Source of the DNA: Fidelibacterota bacterium
Lineage (GTDB): Bacteria; Fidelibacterota; Marinisomatia; Marinisomatales; TCS55
Length of the DNA: 64,000 nucleotides
Direction of reading: 5' to 3'
Assembly: GCA_046861385.1 (NCBI GenBank)
Contig: JBHHTW010000005.1
Span: 32,001-96,000, forward strand
The translations under genes and the position numbers were made by a program. Positions within the stretch are counted from its first letter, which is position 1, and each line of letters opens with the position of its first letter. Below, piece by piece: positions 1-9,066 of the stretch. The notes under the pieces were generated by a model that made no database searches, was not told the origin of the DNA, and saw nothing but the letters and a program-made list of their open reading frames with translations.

Positions 1-1283
1 TTCGGACTTCCTTTTTCCTGCAGGTCATAGGTTACCCGAACGCTGGGATGGGAAATGGTTATTATTCTGCGTAAATCAATGGGGGTACCGATGATAACAA
101 GGTCACAATCCGTGCTGTTGATTGTATTTTCCAGATCACTAATCTGTTCAGATCCATATCCCATGGCGGGAAGCAGCGTTCCTATATTCGGATATTGAGC
201 AAATGTTTCGTTCAATTTTCCCGTGAGATAGGGTCGAGGATCAACCATTTCGGATGCACCAAATTGTTCAGCAGCGACCGTTCCTGCGCCAATTTTCATT
301 TCACCGTGGGTCAGCGTTGGACCATCTTCAACGACGAGAACTCTTTTCCCTGATATTAGCTCAGGGGCATCCACAGAAATGGGGGAATCGCCTTCTATCA
401 CTACTGCACCGGGATTGGCGATTTCAATATTGGTTTTCACCGTTTCAATACCTGCTTCACCTGCAGTGTCAATCTTATTAATCACAACAACATCTGCCAT
501 GAGCAAATTTGTTTCTCCGGGATAATAGGTTAATTCATGCCCAGGCCGATGGGGATCCGTTACAACAATTGATAAATCGGGTTTGTAAAAAGGCATATCA
601 TTATTTCCACCATCCCACAGAATAATATCTGCCTCTTTTTCTGCCTCTCGGACAATAGCCTCGTAATCTGCGCCGGCAAATACAACTGTTCCTTGAGTAA
701 TATGGGGTTCATATTCTTCCATTTCTTCAATGGTGCAATTGTGTTTTTTTAAATCATCAATGGAGGCAAATCTCTGGACATCTTGTTTTGTCAGATCACC
801 GTAAGGCATCGGATGGCGTATGGCAGCCACTTTTTTCCCTGCTTCTTTCAATATCTGGGCAACCTTACGTGTAGTTTGGCTTTTTCCGCATCCGGTCCTG
901 ACGGCGCAAACTGAAATCACCGGTTTGGTGGACTTGATCATCGTTGGTTCTCCGCCCAACAATTTAAAGTGTGCTCCGGCAGCTATGACTTTTGATGCTT
1001 TATGCATCACAGCTTCATGGGAAATATCCGAGTAAGAGAATACAACTTCCTCGATAGAATGTTCTTTAATTAATTCTTCAAGTCTGCTTTCATCAAAAAT
1101 TGGAATTCCATTTGGATATAGGGAACCTGATAATACTCCCGGATACATTCTACCTTCTATATCTGGTATCTGCGTGGCAGTAAAAGCCACTATTTTGTAG
1201 GAGTCATTATTTCGATAAACTACATTGAAATTATGAAAGTCACGTCCTGCGGCTCCCATAATAATTGTCTTAATTGGTTTCAT
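1..1283 (-). CDS. P-loop NTPase of the cyclic-2,3-diphosphoglycerate-synthetase-like / arginine synthetase (ArcE-like) family; 3' end runs off the window
   Basis: Not in the ORF track. Manual translation from ATG at 1283 gives MKPIRTIIMGAAGRDFHNFNVVYR...AFTATQIPDI...AVRTGCGKSQTTRKV (P-loop)...IRHPMPYGDL...WDGGNND...EDGPTLTHGEM. Confidence 0.85.
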   Translation of the reverse strand, partial: MKPIKTIIMGAAGRDFHNFNVVYRNNDSYKIVAFTATQIPDIEGRMYPGVLSGSLYPNGIPIFDESRLEELIKEHSIEEVVFSYSDISHEAVMHKASKVIAAGAHFKLLGGEPTMIKSTKPVISVCAVRTGCGKSQTTRKVAQILKEAGKKVAAIRHPMPYGDLTKQDVQRFASIDDLKKHNCTIEEMEEYEPHITQGTVVFAGADYEAIVREAEKEADIILWDGGNNDMPFYKPDLSIVVTDPHRPGHELTYYPGETNLLMADVVVINKIDTAGEAGIETVKTNIEIANPGAVVIEGDSPISVDAPELISGKRVLVVEDGPTLTHGEMKIGAGTVAAEQFGASEMVDPRPYLTGKLNETFAQYPNIGTLLPAMGYGSEQISDLENTINSTDCDLVIIGTPIDLRRIITISHPSVRVTYDLQEKGSP

Positions 1284-1460
1284 TTTTTAAATCCTTTTGC
1301 TTATTTGTTTTTCTAATTATTTTTTTTATGAAGAAGTACAAATATTAGGTAAAACCAAAAGTCTGTCTAAAGAAAAGAATATATTTTAAGAACTTGGTCA
1401 TTGATTGTTTCATAACCGTTATTATTTTACCGTCACTCACCTATTTATCTATCCAATATT

Positions 1461-3095
1461 TTATTCTTTTGCCATAAAAGGATAACGATAATCCTTAGGC
1501 GGATCGAAAGTTTCTTTTATCGTTCGCTGTGATACCCAGCGAATCAGGTTGAAAATAGAGCCTGCTTTATCATTTGTCCCGGAGGCACGACTTCCGCCAA
1601 AAGGCTGTTGCCCTACTACCGCACCAGTGGGTTTATCGTTAATATAAAAATTACCTGCAGCGTGGGTCAATCGCTTGGAGGCTATCTCCACCGCTTTTCT
1701 GTCCAGACCAAACACACACCCCGTAAGGGCATAAGGGGAAGTTTCATCTATCAGATTTAAAGTTTTTTCCCAATCATCCGGATCATACAAATAAATCGTT
1801 AATACAGGACCAAAAATTTCCTCACACATGGTACAATATTTTGGATCAGAAGTTAAGATAGTTGTTGGTTCGATAAAATATCCGATTGAATCATCGTAGT
1901 TCCCTCCCGTAATGATTTCTGCATTGGTATCCTTTTGGGCGTTGTCGATATATGAAGTAATTGTATCAAAAGCAGCCTGATCAATCACTGCATTCATGAA
2001 ATTGGTAAAATCCTCGGAATCCCCCATTTTTATCGTTTCTACTTGTGTAATATATTTTTCTTTCACGGTATCCCAAATGGTCGTTGGAATGTAGGCACGA
2101 GAAAGAGCAGAGCATTTTTGTCCTTGATACTCAAAAGCACCACGAACCATAGCGGTGACTAGTGCATCGATATCTGATGAATCGTGAGCAATGCAAAAAT
2201 CTTTTCCTCCTGTTTCACCCACAATCCGAGGGTAGGTTTTGTAACCCTTAATATTATTACCTATTTCCGACCACATACCCTGAAAAACCTTTGTCGATCC
2301 GGTAAAATGAACACCGGCTAGATTTTCATCCTTCATGACAATAGGACCCACAGTGGAACCAGAGCCGGGAATGAAATTAATAACACCATCAGGAATTCCC
2401 GCTCTACGAAAGAGATCCATAATATAATGGGCGCTATAAACTGCGCTGGATGCAGGTTTCCACAAAACGACATTTCCCATAAGGGCCGGTGACATGGGAA
2501 GATTACCCGCAATCGATGTAAAATTGAATGGCGTCACTGCAAAAACGAATCCTTCTAATGACCGATGCTCCAATCGATTCCACATCCCATCGGGAGAATA
2601 AGTGGGCTGCTGCTCATATAATTCCTGGGCATACCAACAGTTAAAATTTAGAAAGTCAATAAATTCGCAGGCAGAATCAATTTCAGCTTGATAGGCATTT
2701 TTACTTTGACCCAACATAGTAGCGGCATTGAGCGTTTGCTCTTCATGGCGTTGAAGGATGGAAGCCATTTTCTTAAATATAGCTGCCCGCGCTTCCCAAG
2801 GCGTTTTAGACCAAGAACTCCAAGCGTCCATAGACGCTTCGATGGCCAATTTTATTTCTTTTTCACCTGCTTGATGGAAATATCCCAAAATATGCTGATG
2901 GTTATGGGGAACTCTCATTTCACCCATATTTCCGGTCTTTATTTCTTGCCCTCCGATAATGAGAGGTACTTCAATTTCTTGTGATTTTAATTCTTCAATT
3001 CTTTTTTTTAGTGCAGCTTTTTCCAGTGAGCCGGGAGCATAGGAAAGGATGGGTTCGTTAAATGGTTTGGGTACGATGGCTTTTGCATTCTGCAT
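1461..3095 (-). CDS. pruA: Delta-1-pyrroline-5-carboxylate (glutamate gamma-semialdehyde) dehydrogenase
   Basis: 544 aa ALDH fold with PFNFT, FTGST, GETGGK, FEYQGQKCSA (catalytic Cys), EEIFGP and QPFGGSRASGTNDK. Confidence 0.95.
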   Translation of the reverse strand: MQNAKAIVPKPFNEPILSYAPGSLEKAALKKRIEELKSQEIEVPLIIGGQEIKTGNMGEMRVPHNHQHILGYFHQAGEKEIKLAIEASMDAWSSWSKTPWEARAAIFKKMASILQRHEEQTLNAATMLGQSKNAYQAEIDSACEFIDFLNFNCWYAQELYEQQPTYSPDGMWNRLEHRSLEGFVFAVTPFNFTSIAGNLPMSPALMGNVVLWKPASSAVYSAHYIMDLFRRAGIPDGVINFIPGSGSTVGPIVMKDENLAGVHFTGSTKVFQGMWSEIGNNIKGYKTYPRIVGETGGKDFCIAHDSSDIDALVTAMVRGAFEYQGQKCSALSRAYIPTTIWDTVKEKYITQVETIKMGDSEDFTNFMNAVIDQAAFDTITSYIDNAQKDTNAEIITGGNYDDSIGYFIEPTTILTSDPKYCTMCEEIFGPVLTIYLYDPDDWEKTLNLIDETSPYALTGCVFGLDRKAVEIASKRLTHAAGNFYINDKPTGAVVGQQPFGGSRASGTNDKAGSIFNLIRWVSQRTIKETFDPPKDYRYPFMAKE

Positions 3096-3196
3096 ATTAG
3101 ACCTGTTCTTAACTTCAATTATTTGTTAGAGAGTAGTAAACTAACTCAATATAACACTATACTTGTCGATAGCAAAATCATACATTTCAATAATTA

Positions 3197-3240
3197 TTTA
3201 AAACGTAAAACGTAAAAGAAATATATAATTACGTTTTAAA
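3197..3240. promoter_or_regulatory. 12-bp inverted repeat upstream of pruA, possible operator
   Basis: TTTAAAACGTAA (3197-3208), 20-nt spacer, TTACGTTTTAAA (3229-3240). Confidence 0.3.
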
Positions 3241-3533
3241 TAATTATGTTTTATGTATAACAGCGCTCCTAATTTTCTACCCATGTAAACTTATTAATTC
3301 TTAAACCGGCGAATAATCAGGTTAAAACTATTTAGTGAATTTTAGCCAAGGAATTTACCAAATTTACAGACTGCGAATCAAGGTAAGGAGTTGGGGAATT
3401 TATGGAATATGGAACATAGAAAATACTAGACCGCAGAACACATAGCATAGGCAGGGAAGATGGAGGGTGATGCATAACTAATTATTCTAATTATTGTACA
3501 GCCAATCATCCAATCTATCAATCTATCAATCAA

Positions 3534-4502
3534 TCATTCACCCATTTTTTCTTTCTCCAAAAGGTTCTTCATCTCATCTTTTCCTTGTGCTGTTACCAAT
3601 GACTGTCTGAGAGCGGCCGCCCCGGGGAAACCTTTTATATACCATCCGAAATGCTTTCTCATGAGATTACTGCCAATTTTTTCACCGCGGGATTCGATGA
3701 GTAATTCCAAATGCCGTATGCACATGTCCATACGATCTTGAATTCCGGGCGTAGAAGGAAGGGGAGTGCTGTATAAAAAGGCGCTAGCCTGTTTAAAAAA
3801 CCAGGGATTACCCATTGCACCCCGACCAATCATGACTGCGTCACAGTTGGTTTCTTGAAACATTTGAAGTACATCGTCCGGTTTTTTTATATCCCCATTT
3901 CCAATGACAGGAATGGAAACAGATCGTTTTAATTCTGCAATTAATTCCCAATTGGCATTTCCTTTATAGTTTTGTTTTGTGGTTCGAGGGTGGAGTGTAA
4001 TGGCTTTTATACCAATTTTTTCTAGTCGAATCCCTGCTTCATTTGCTATAATACTGGATGAATCCCAGCCGGCTCGCATTTTGACCGTGACAGGCAATTC
4101 CGGTACTGATTCTACAACTGCGGAAGTAATATCGTCCATAAGACATAAGTCTTTCAAAGCTGCTGATCCGGCACCTTTTTTGGTCACCTTGGGTACGGGA
4201 CAACCATAATTAATATCAATAATGTCAGGTTTGAATTTATCGGCGACCATTCGCGCTGCTTTGCCCATGACGTCTGGAGAATCACCAAAGATTTGAATGC
4301 CAATTGGTCGTTCAGCTTCAGTAAATCGAATCATATCCAATGTTTTTTCGTTTTCACGAATGATACCGTGGGCAGAAACAAATTCAGAATAGACCATTCC
4401 GGCGCCCATTTCCTTGCACAACATACGGAAAGAATAGTCGGTGACTCCGGCCATAGGAGCAAGGAAAACTGGTGTTTTAATATTTACATTGCCGATTTGC
4501 AT
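3534..4502 (-). CDS. dusB: tRNA-dihydrouridine synthase DusB
   Basis: LAPMAGVTD, DINYGCPVPKV, VTVKMRAGW, VIGNGDI, VMIGRGAMGNPW motifs. Confidence 0.95.
   Translation of the reverse strand: MQIGNVNIKTPVFLAPMAGVTDYSFRMLCKEMGAGMVYSEFVSAHGIIRENEKTLDMIRFTEAERPIGIQIFGDSPDVMGKAARMVADKFKPDIIDINYGCPVPKVTKKGAGSAALKDLCLMDDITSAVVESVPELPVTVKMRAGWDSSSIIANEAGIRLEKIGIKAITLHPRTTKQNYKGNANWELIAELKRSVSIPVIGNGDIKKPDDVLQMFQETNCDAVMIGRGAMGNPWFFKQASAFLYSTPLPSTPGIQDRMDMCIRHLELLIESRGEKIGSNLMRKHFGWYIKGFPGAAALRQSLVTAQGKDEMKNLLEKEKMGE
4378..4502 (-). repeat. Direct repeat copy 1: first 125 bp of intact dusB
   Basis: Matches 5764-5888 at 124 of 125 positions (4386 A vs 5772 G). Confidence 0.97.
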
Positions 4503-4527
4503 GATTGAATAATCAGGATTCGTGTTA

Positions 4528-5649
4528 TTATTTCAAGAAGTCATCCATATTATCAGGTGTAATTATTTGGCTGGTCCCGATATCGTATTCATTCATAAAT
4601 GTTTTTGGAAACCGTACGTTTTTTGTAGGATTCCACTTAAACTCAAATGCATGTAAAAGACCATCCCGTTCTTCAATATAATCAATTTCCTGTTGCTGGG
4701 TAGTTCGCCAATAAAAGCAATTCGACCATTTTTGTTTATAAGCGATTTGTTTTCGTCTTTCACCTAAAATAAAATTCTCCCACAATGCGCCTACATCGAG
4801 GCGTAATGCTAAAGGCTGGTATGCTGCAAGGATTGCATTCCGAATCCCATTATCAAAAAAGTATACTTTTCGTTTCGTGTTAATCTCATTTCGGATGTTT
4901 CTGGCGAATGGCTTAAGACGGTATACAATAAATGCTTTCTCGAGTAAATCCAAATAGTTCATAACTGTTTTTTTATCGACCTCTAACAATCTACCTAATT
5001 CACTAAAGGATACTTCATTTCCTATTTGCAGTGCAAGTGCTTGAAGTAACTTTTCCAGTAATTCCGGTTTTCGCAATCCTTTGTAGGATAAAATATCCTT
5101 GTATAGGAAACTGGAAGCTAATTGGGTTAGAATTTCATTTTCATTCCCTGGATGGTTTATCACATCGGGATACATTCCATAGATTAATCGTTGCTCCAAT
5201 TGCCCTTTGGCAGAAAGATAACCTATATCATTTGTTAATTCATTCCAACTAATAGGATAAAGCATGTATTCTAATTTTCTACCAGTGAGCGGTTCATTTA
5301 TATTAGAAGAAATTTCCAATGCTGACGACCCACTTACCATTACATTTATATCAGGAAAAGTGTCATGAATTAACTTTAAAAGCAAACCACTATTCTTTAC
5401 TCTTTGTATTTCATCAATAAAGACTCGTTTATGTTCTCCAAGGATCACACGGATTTGCTCGACAGACTTTAATTCTAAATTAATTCGAATATTAGGGTCA
5501 TCGCAATTCAACCAAAGGTGCGATCCTGTTTCTTGAGCTATCTGTTTCATCAAGGTCGTTTTACCTGTTTGGCGAGGTCCGAGGATAACAATGGTCTTTT
5601 TTGACCATTTATTGGTCATTAGTGTTTGATATATTTGTCTATTTATCAT
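4528..5649 (-). CDS. AAA+ ATPase (AAA_14 + DUF4143-type)
   Basis: Walker A GPRQTGKTT, Walker B FIDEIQ, SGSS, LTGR, KVYFFDNG and C-terminal YWRT...EIDYI...FEFKW. ATG at 5649; alternative GTG at 5670. Confidence 0.9.
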   Translation of the reverse strand: MINRQIYQTLMTNKWSKKTIVILGPRQTGKTTLMKQIAQETGSHLWLNCDDPNIRINLELKSVEQIRVILGEHKRVFIDEIQRVKNSGLLLKLIHDTFPDINVMVSGSSALEISSNINEPLTGRKLEYMLYPISWNELTNDIGYLSAKGQLEQRLIYGMYPDVINHPGNENEILTQLASSFLYKDILSYKGLRKPELLEKLLQALALQIGNEVSFSELGRLLEVDKKTVMNYLDLLEKAFIVYRLKPFARNIRNEINTKRKVYFFDNGIRNAILAAYQPLALRLDVGALWENFILGERRKQIAYKQKWSNCFYWRTTQQQEIDYIEERDGLLHAFEFKWNPTKNVRFPKTFMNEYDIGTSQIITPDNMDDFLK

Positions 5650-5741
5650 TTTTTTCACGATTGTATTCACCGAATATTATAATATATAGGGATTATAATC
5701 AATATTAAAAAAACGAATTCAAAATCGAATCCCTCACGAGT

Positions 5742-5888
5742 TCAAATGATACTATGTGAAGACACAAATTCGGAATAGACCATTCCGGCGCCCATTTCCT
5801 TGCACAACATACGGAAAGAATAGTCGGTGACTCCGGCCATAGGAGCAAGGAAAACTGGTGTTTTAATATTTACATTGCCGATTTGCAT
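5742..5888 (-). pseudogene. dusB: Truncated duplicate of the dusB 5' end (48 codons then TGA); direct repeat copy 2
   Basis: Encodes MQIGNVNIKTPVFLAPMAGVTDYSFRMLCKEMGAGMVYSEFVSSHSII*; near-identical to dusB over 5764-5888, then diverged. Confidence 0.93.
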
Positions 5889-6098
5889 ATGCGAATTTAT
5901 TATGAATCCTTTAAGAGGAAAAAATATTGAATATTCATCATTCTTCCAGAAATTATTCAGTGTTTAACGGATCCTTGACCAAACAGTCATTCAAACATGG
6001 AATCATTCATTCCTCACATTGAAAGATAGTAATTTGTAAGAATGAAATGTTGCATTAAATTCGCCGGCAAAATTATACAAAAATAGGAAGAATTTATT

Positions 6099-6335
6099 AT
6101 GAGTAGAATATGTGACGTCACCGGCAAAAAACCCATGTATGGGAATAACGTGAGTCATGCGCACAATAAAACGCGACGACGCTTTAATATTAATCTCCAG
6201 AGGAAGCGTTTTTGGCTTCCTGACGAGAAACGATATATAACGCTGAACGTATCAACGCAGGGTATGCGGTTAATTGATAAAAAGGGGATTACAAGAGTCG
6301 TAAGTGAAATGCGCATTCGAGGTGTAAAAGTTTAA
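6099..6335 (+). CDS. rpmB: 50S ribosomal protein L28
   Basis: [34 protein letters not shown]. Confidence 0.97.
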   Translation: MSRICDVTGKKPMYGNNVSHAHNKTRRRFNINLQRKRFWLPDEKRYITLNVSTQGMRLIDKKGITRVVSEMRIRGVKV

Positions 6336-6360
6336 CAAACATTATTAATCATCTTTAATG

Positions 6361-6395
6361 AAAAACCCTTTGCCTTTCGGCAAAGGGTTTTTTTT
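6361..6395. terminator. Bidirectional rho-independent terminator between rpmB and ftsZ
   Basis: AAAAACCCTTTGCC-TTTC-GGCAAAGGGTTTTTTTT hairpin with A and T tracts. Confidence 0.9.
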
Positions 6396-6445
6396 AACTT
6401 AACTTGCTTGGCCAAACCCAAGAATTCTTACGTTTTTATTGTTTA

Positions 6446-6551
6446 GTCATTGCGAGGATTCCGATTTATCGGATGACGCGGTAATCTCCTTTCTTTGAAG
6501 AATGCGAGAAGATCGCTTCATCCCGCCATAAATGACGGGATTCGCGATGAC
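6446..6551. repeat. Palindromic intergenic element (GTCATTGCGA...TCGCGATGAC; REP/RPE-like)
   Basis: Terminal inverted repeats plus internal hairpins TCCGA-TTTA-TCGGA and ATCCCG...CGGGAT; related copy at 62938-63075. Confidence 0.65.
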
Positions 6552-6558
6552 ATTATTT

Positions 6559-7749
6559 TTACTCATGTTGGCGGCGAATAAAAGCCGGTATTTCAATATC
6601 GTCTCCATAGATCACCGGATTTGTATCATCAAAATGGAATTTTGAGATAGAGGGTCGTTCGCTTTTAGGCTCCGATACAACTTTCTGATTAAACAGAGGA
6701 ACGTTTTCCTGATCCGCAAGAATTCTTGCCTGCTTTTGTCTGGGGATTTCGTTAACTTGTTTTGTTTCTGTATTCACTTCCTTCGGAATCCTCTGATTAA
6801 ATCCGGTTGCGATCACCGTAACACGAATTTCTTCAGTCATCCTCGGATCGATTACAGCACCAAAAATAATATTAGCATCATCACCCGCTTCTTCGAAAAT
6901 GATAGATGTCGCTTCATCCACTTCCATTAATGTAAGGTCTGGTCCGCCGGTAATATTCACCAAGACACCCTGTGCTCCACTGATCGATGCACTATCCAAA
7001 AGTGGACTCGATATCGCTTGTTGTGCCGCTAATACAGCCCGTTCTTCACCGCCGGCCACACCGGTACCCATAATCGCCTCACCCATATTTTTCATAATGG
7101 TTTCCACATCAGCGAAGTCCAGATTAATTAACCCGTGTACATTGATTAAATCCGAAATTCCTTTTGCTGCTTGATGGAGTATGGAGTCAGCCAATTTGAA
7201 TGCTTCAAGAACAGTGGTATTACTGTCCACAATTGACATTAATTTCTGATTCGGTATTGAGATAACTGTGTCACATGATTTCCGTAAGTCGGAAAGACCT
7301 CCTAATCCACGATTCATGCGCTTGGGACCTTCAAAATTAAAGGGAAGAGTAATGATTCCAACGGTAAGAATTTCCATTTCCTTTGCCATTTGAGCAACGG
7401 CAGATGCTGCGCCGGTTCCTGTGCCACCACCCATTCCAGCCGTAATGAAAACCATATCAGCTCCTGTTAAAACACTCTCGACTGCTTCACGATCTGATTC
7501 AACTGCTTCTCTGCCAACATCCGACTTTGCTCCGGCACCGAGACCCTTGGTGAGATTTTTACCAATTTGTATTTTATGTTTGGCTGCATTGTTTTCCAGG
7601 TCTTGGGCGTCAGTATTGATTACAATAAAATCTACACCTTGCATTCCTGCTTGTATCATGCGGTTCACAGCGTTTCCGCCTGCTCCGCCTACTCCTATGA
7701 CTTTCAGTTTGGCTTTTTGTTCAGCAATACTATCAAATTCAAATAACAT
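6559..7749 (-). CDS. ftsZ: Cell division protein FtsZ
   Basis: GVGGAGGNAVN, GMGGGTGTG tubulin signature, NLDFAD, C-terminal IPAFIRR. Confidence 0.98.
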   Translation of the reverse strand: MLFEFDSIAEQKAKLKVIGVGGAGGNAVNRMIQAGMQGVDFIVINTDAQDLENNAAKHKIQIGKNLTKGLGAGAKSDVGREAVESDREAVESVLTGADMVFITAGMGGGTGTGAASAVAQMAKEMEILTVGIITLPFNFEGPKRMNRGLGGLSDLRKSCDTVISIPNQKLMSIVDSNTTVLEAFKLADSILHQAAKGISDLINVHGLINLDFADVETIMKNMGEAIMGTGVAGGEERAVLAAQQAISSPLLDSASISGAQGVLVNITGGPDLTLMEVDEATSIIFEEAGDDANIIFGAVIDPRMTEEIRVTVIATGFNQRIPKEVNTETKQVNEIPRQKQARILADQENVPLFNQKVVSEPKSERPSISKFHFDDTNPVIYGDDIEIPAFIRRQHE

Positions 7750-7791
7750 AGGTGTTCTCCTTTAGTTTGGTCGTTAAGTATGTGTTAATTA

Positions 7792-9066
7792 TCAATAGAA
7801 TCCTTTTATCCATTGCTTGAGCCATCCGACGGCTCGATCAAATGTTGGTTTCTCGGGCATGGATGTCGGAGATAGTTCACGTTTTAAATCCATCCAATGT
7901 GTCAGTCCGATGACGGTTGTGAACTCTGCTTCGGACACCATGTCAACGGCACCGCTAATATTTTTTGGAATACCTTTCCGAACTCTCATTTTTAAGATTT
8001 CCTCCGCTAATGGAGTAATATTCCGTAATTGAGAACCGCCACCGGTAAGGACGACTCCATAGGTTAATTGATCTCGAACATCAGCCCGATGTATTTCTCT
8101 CGCAATCAGTTGAAGAATTTCGACTGCCCGCGCTTCCACATATCTGGATAATTCATGTTCAGAAACTTTTCTTGCAAGACCGCCATTTTTTACAGGAAGA
8201 TCAAATTCCAATTCTGTAGATGACATGGAGGCTTTTGCAGACGCATATTTTCTTTTAATCTTTTCGGCTTCATCAATACCAATTTGAAGCATGACAGCAA
8301 TATCGTTTGTGATACTATTTGAACCAATTCCCAAAACAGCCGAGTGACGAATACCATCTTCATGATAGACCACTATTTCCGTTGTTCCGCCGCCAATATT
8401 CACAATGGCGACACCCAAATCTTTTTCATCGGTGTCTAAAGTTGTCAGGGCACAGGCCAATCCCTGGAATACAAGACCTTCCACTTTAATACCAAGTTCT
8501 TCTGTACAATTAACCAAATTTTTTGCCGCAGAGCTTGGAACAGTTATTAAATGAACCTTTGCTTCTAATCTTCGTCCTGACATTCCAACCGGATCTTTAA
8601 TTTTATCCATAGTGTCTATGACGTATTCCTGTGGAAGAACATGCATGATATCCCTATCGGCAGGAAGAGAGAGCGCCCTAGCCATTTCCATTACCCGGAA
8701 CACATCATATTCAGTAATCTCATTTTCCACTGGGATGGTTGAATGCTGATTTCGTTGAATGGCAATAGCTCCCTGCGTATTGATACCCCTGATATTTTCA
8801 CCCGAAATGCTTAATACAGCCTTTTCTACTTTTTGTCCCGACATGAGTTCGGTATCTTTTACCGCAGCTTCCATCGCATCCATCAATTTATCACGGTGAA
8901 TGACAGATCCGTTTTTCAGGCCAGCTGAAGGGGCTCGACCCAAGCCCAATAATTTCACTTCATTTGTTCCATGGGATTTATCAACAATGGCACATGTGAT
9001 ATATGATGAACCGACATCCAAGCCAATTCTGATTTGCTGAGGGATGTTTTTATGAATTGATTTCAC
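7792..9066 (-). CDS. ftsA: Cell division protein FtsA
   Basis: IGLDVGSS, IGGGTT, VLTGGGSQL actin-like motifs; immediately upstream of ftsZ. Confidence 0.95.
   Translation of the reverse strand: MKSIHKNIPQQIRIGLDVGSSYITCAIVDKSHGTNEVKLLGLGRAPSAGLKNGSVIHRDKLMDAMEAAVKDTELMSGQKVEKAVLSISGENIRGINTQGAIAIQRNQHSTIPVENEITEYDVFRVMEMARALSLPADRDIMHVLPQEYVIDTMDKIKDPVGMSGRRLEAKVHLITVPSSAAKNLVNCTEELGIKVEGLVFQGLACALTTLDTDEKDLGVAIVNIGGGTTEIVVYHEDGIRHSAVLGIGSNSITNDIAVMLQIGIDEAEKIKRKYASAKASMSSTELEFDLPVKNGGLARKVSEHELSRYVEARAVEILQLIAREIHRADVRDQLTYGVVLTGGGSQLRNITPLAEEILKMRVRKGIPKNISGAVDMVSEAEFTTVIGLTHWMDLKRELSPTSMPEKPTFDRAVGWLKQWIKGFY

Larger units (their letters stand above)
4378..5888 (-). mobile_element. Putative integrase-less islet inserted at the dusB 5' end
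   Basis: One cargo gene bracketed by 125-bp direct repeats that start exactly at the dusB ATG. Confidence 0.6.

Noticed and set aside
254-1035. Short plus-strand ORFs in the track (254-481, 820-1035) and the many similar antisense or nested ORFs across the window
   Set aside because: They are shadows of well-supported genes on the opposite strand or in another frame and carry no recognisable motifs.
3502-3537. CAATCTAT/CAAT short tandem repeats after dusB
   Set aside because: Low-complexity, short and imperfect; no spacers, so not CRISPR, and no evident function.
5742-5744. TGA ending the dusB fragment as a possible selenocysteine codon
   Set aside because: It is not at a Cys position, I saw no SECIS-like hairpin, and read-through gives no dusB-like sequence beyond two codons.
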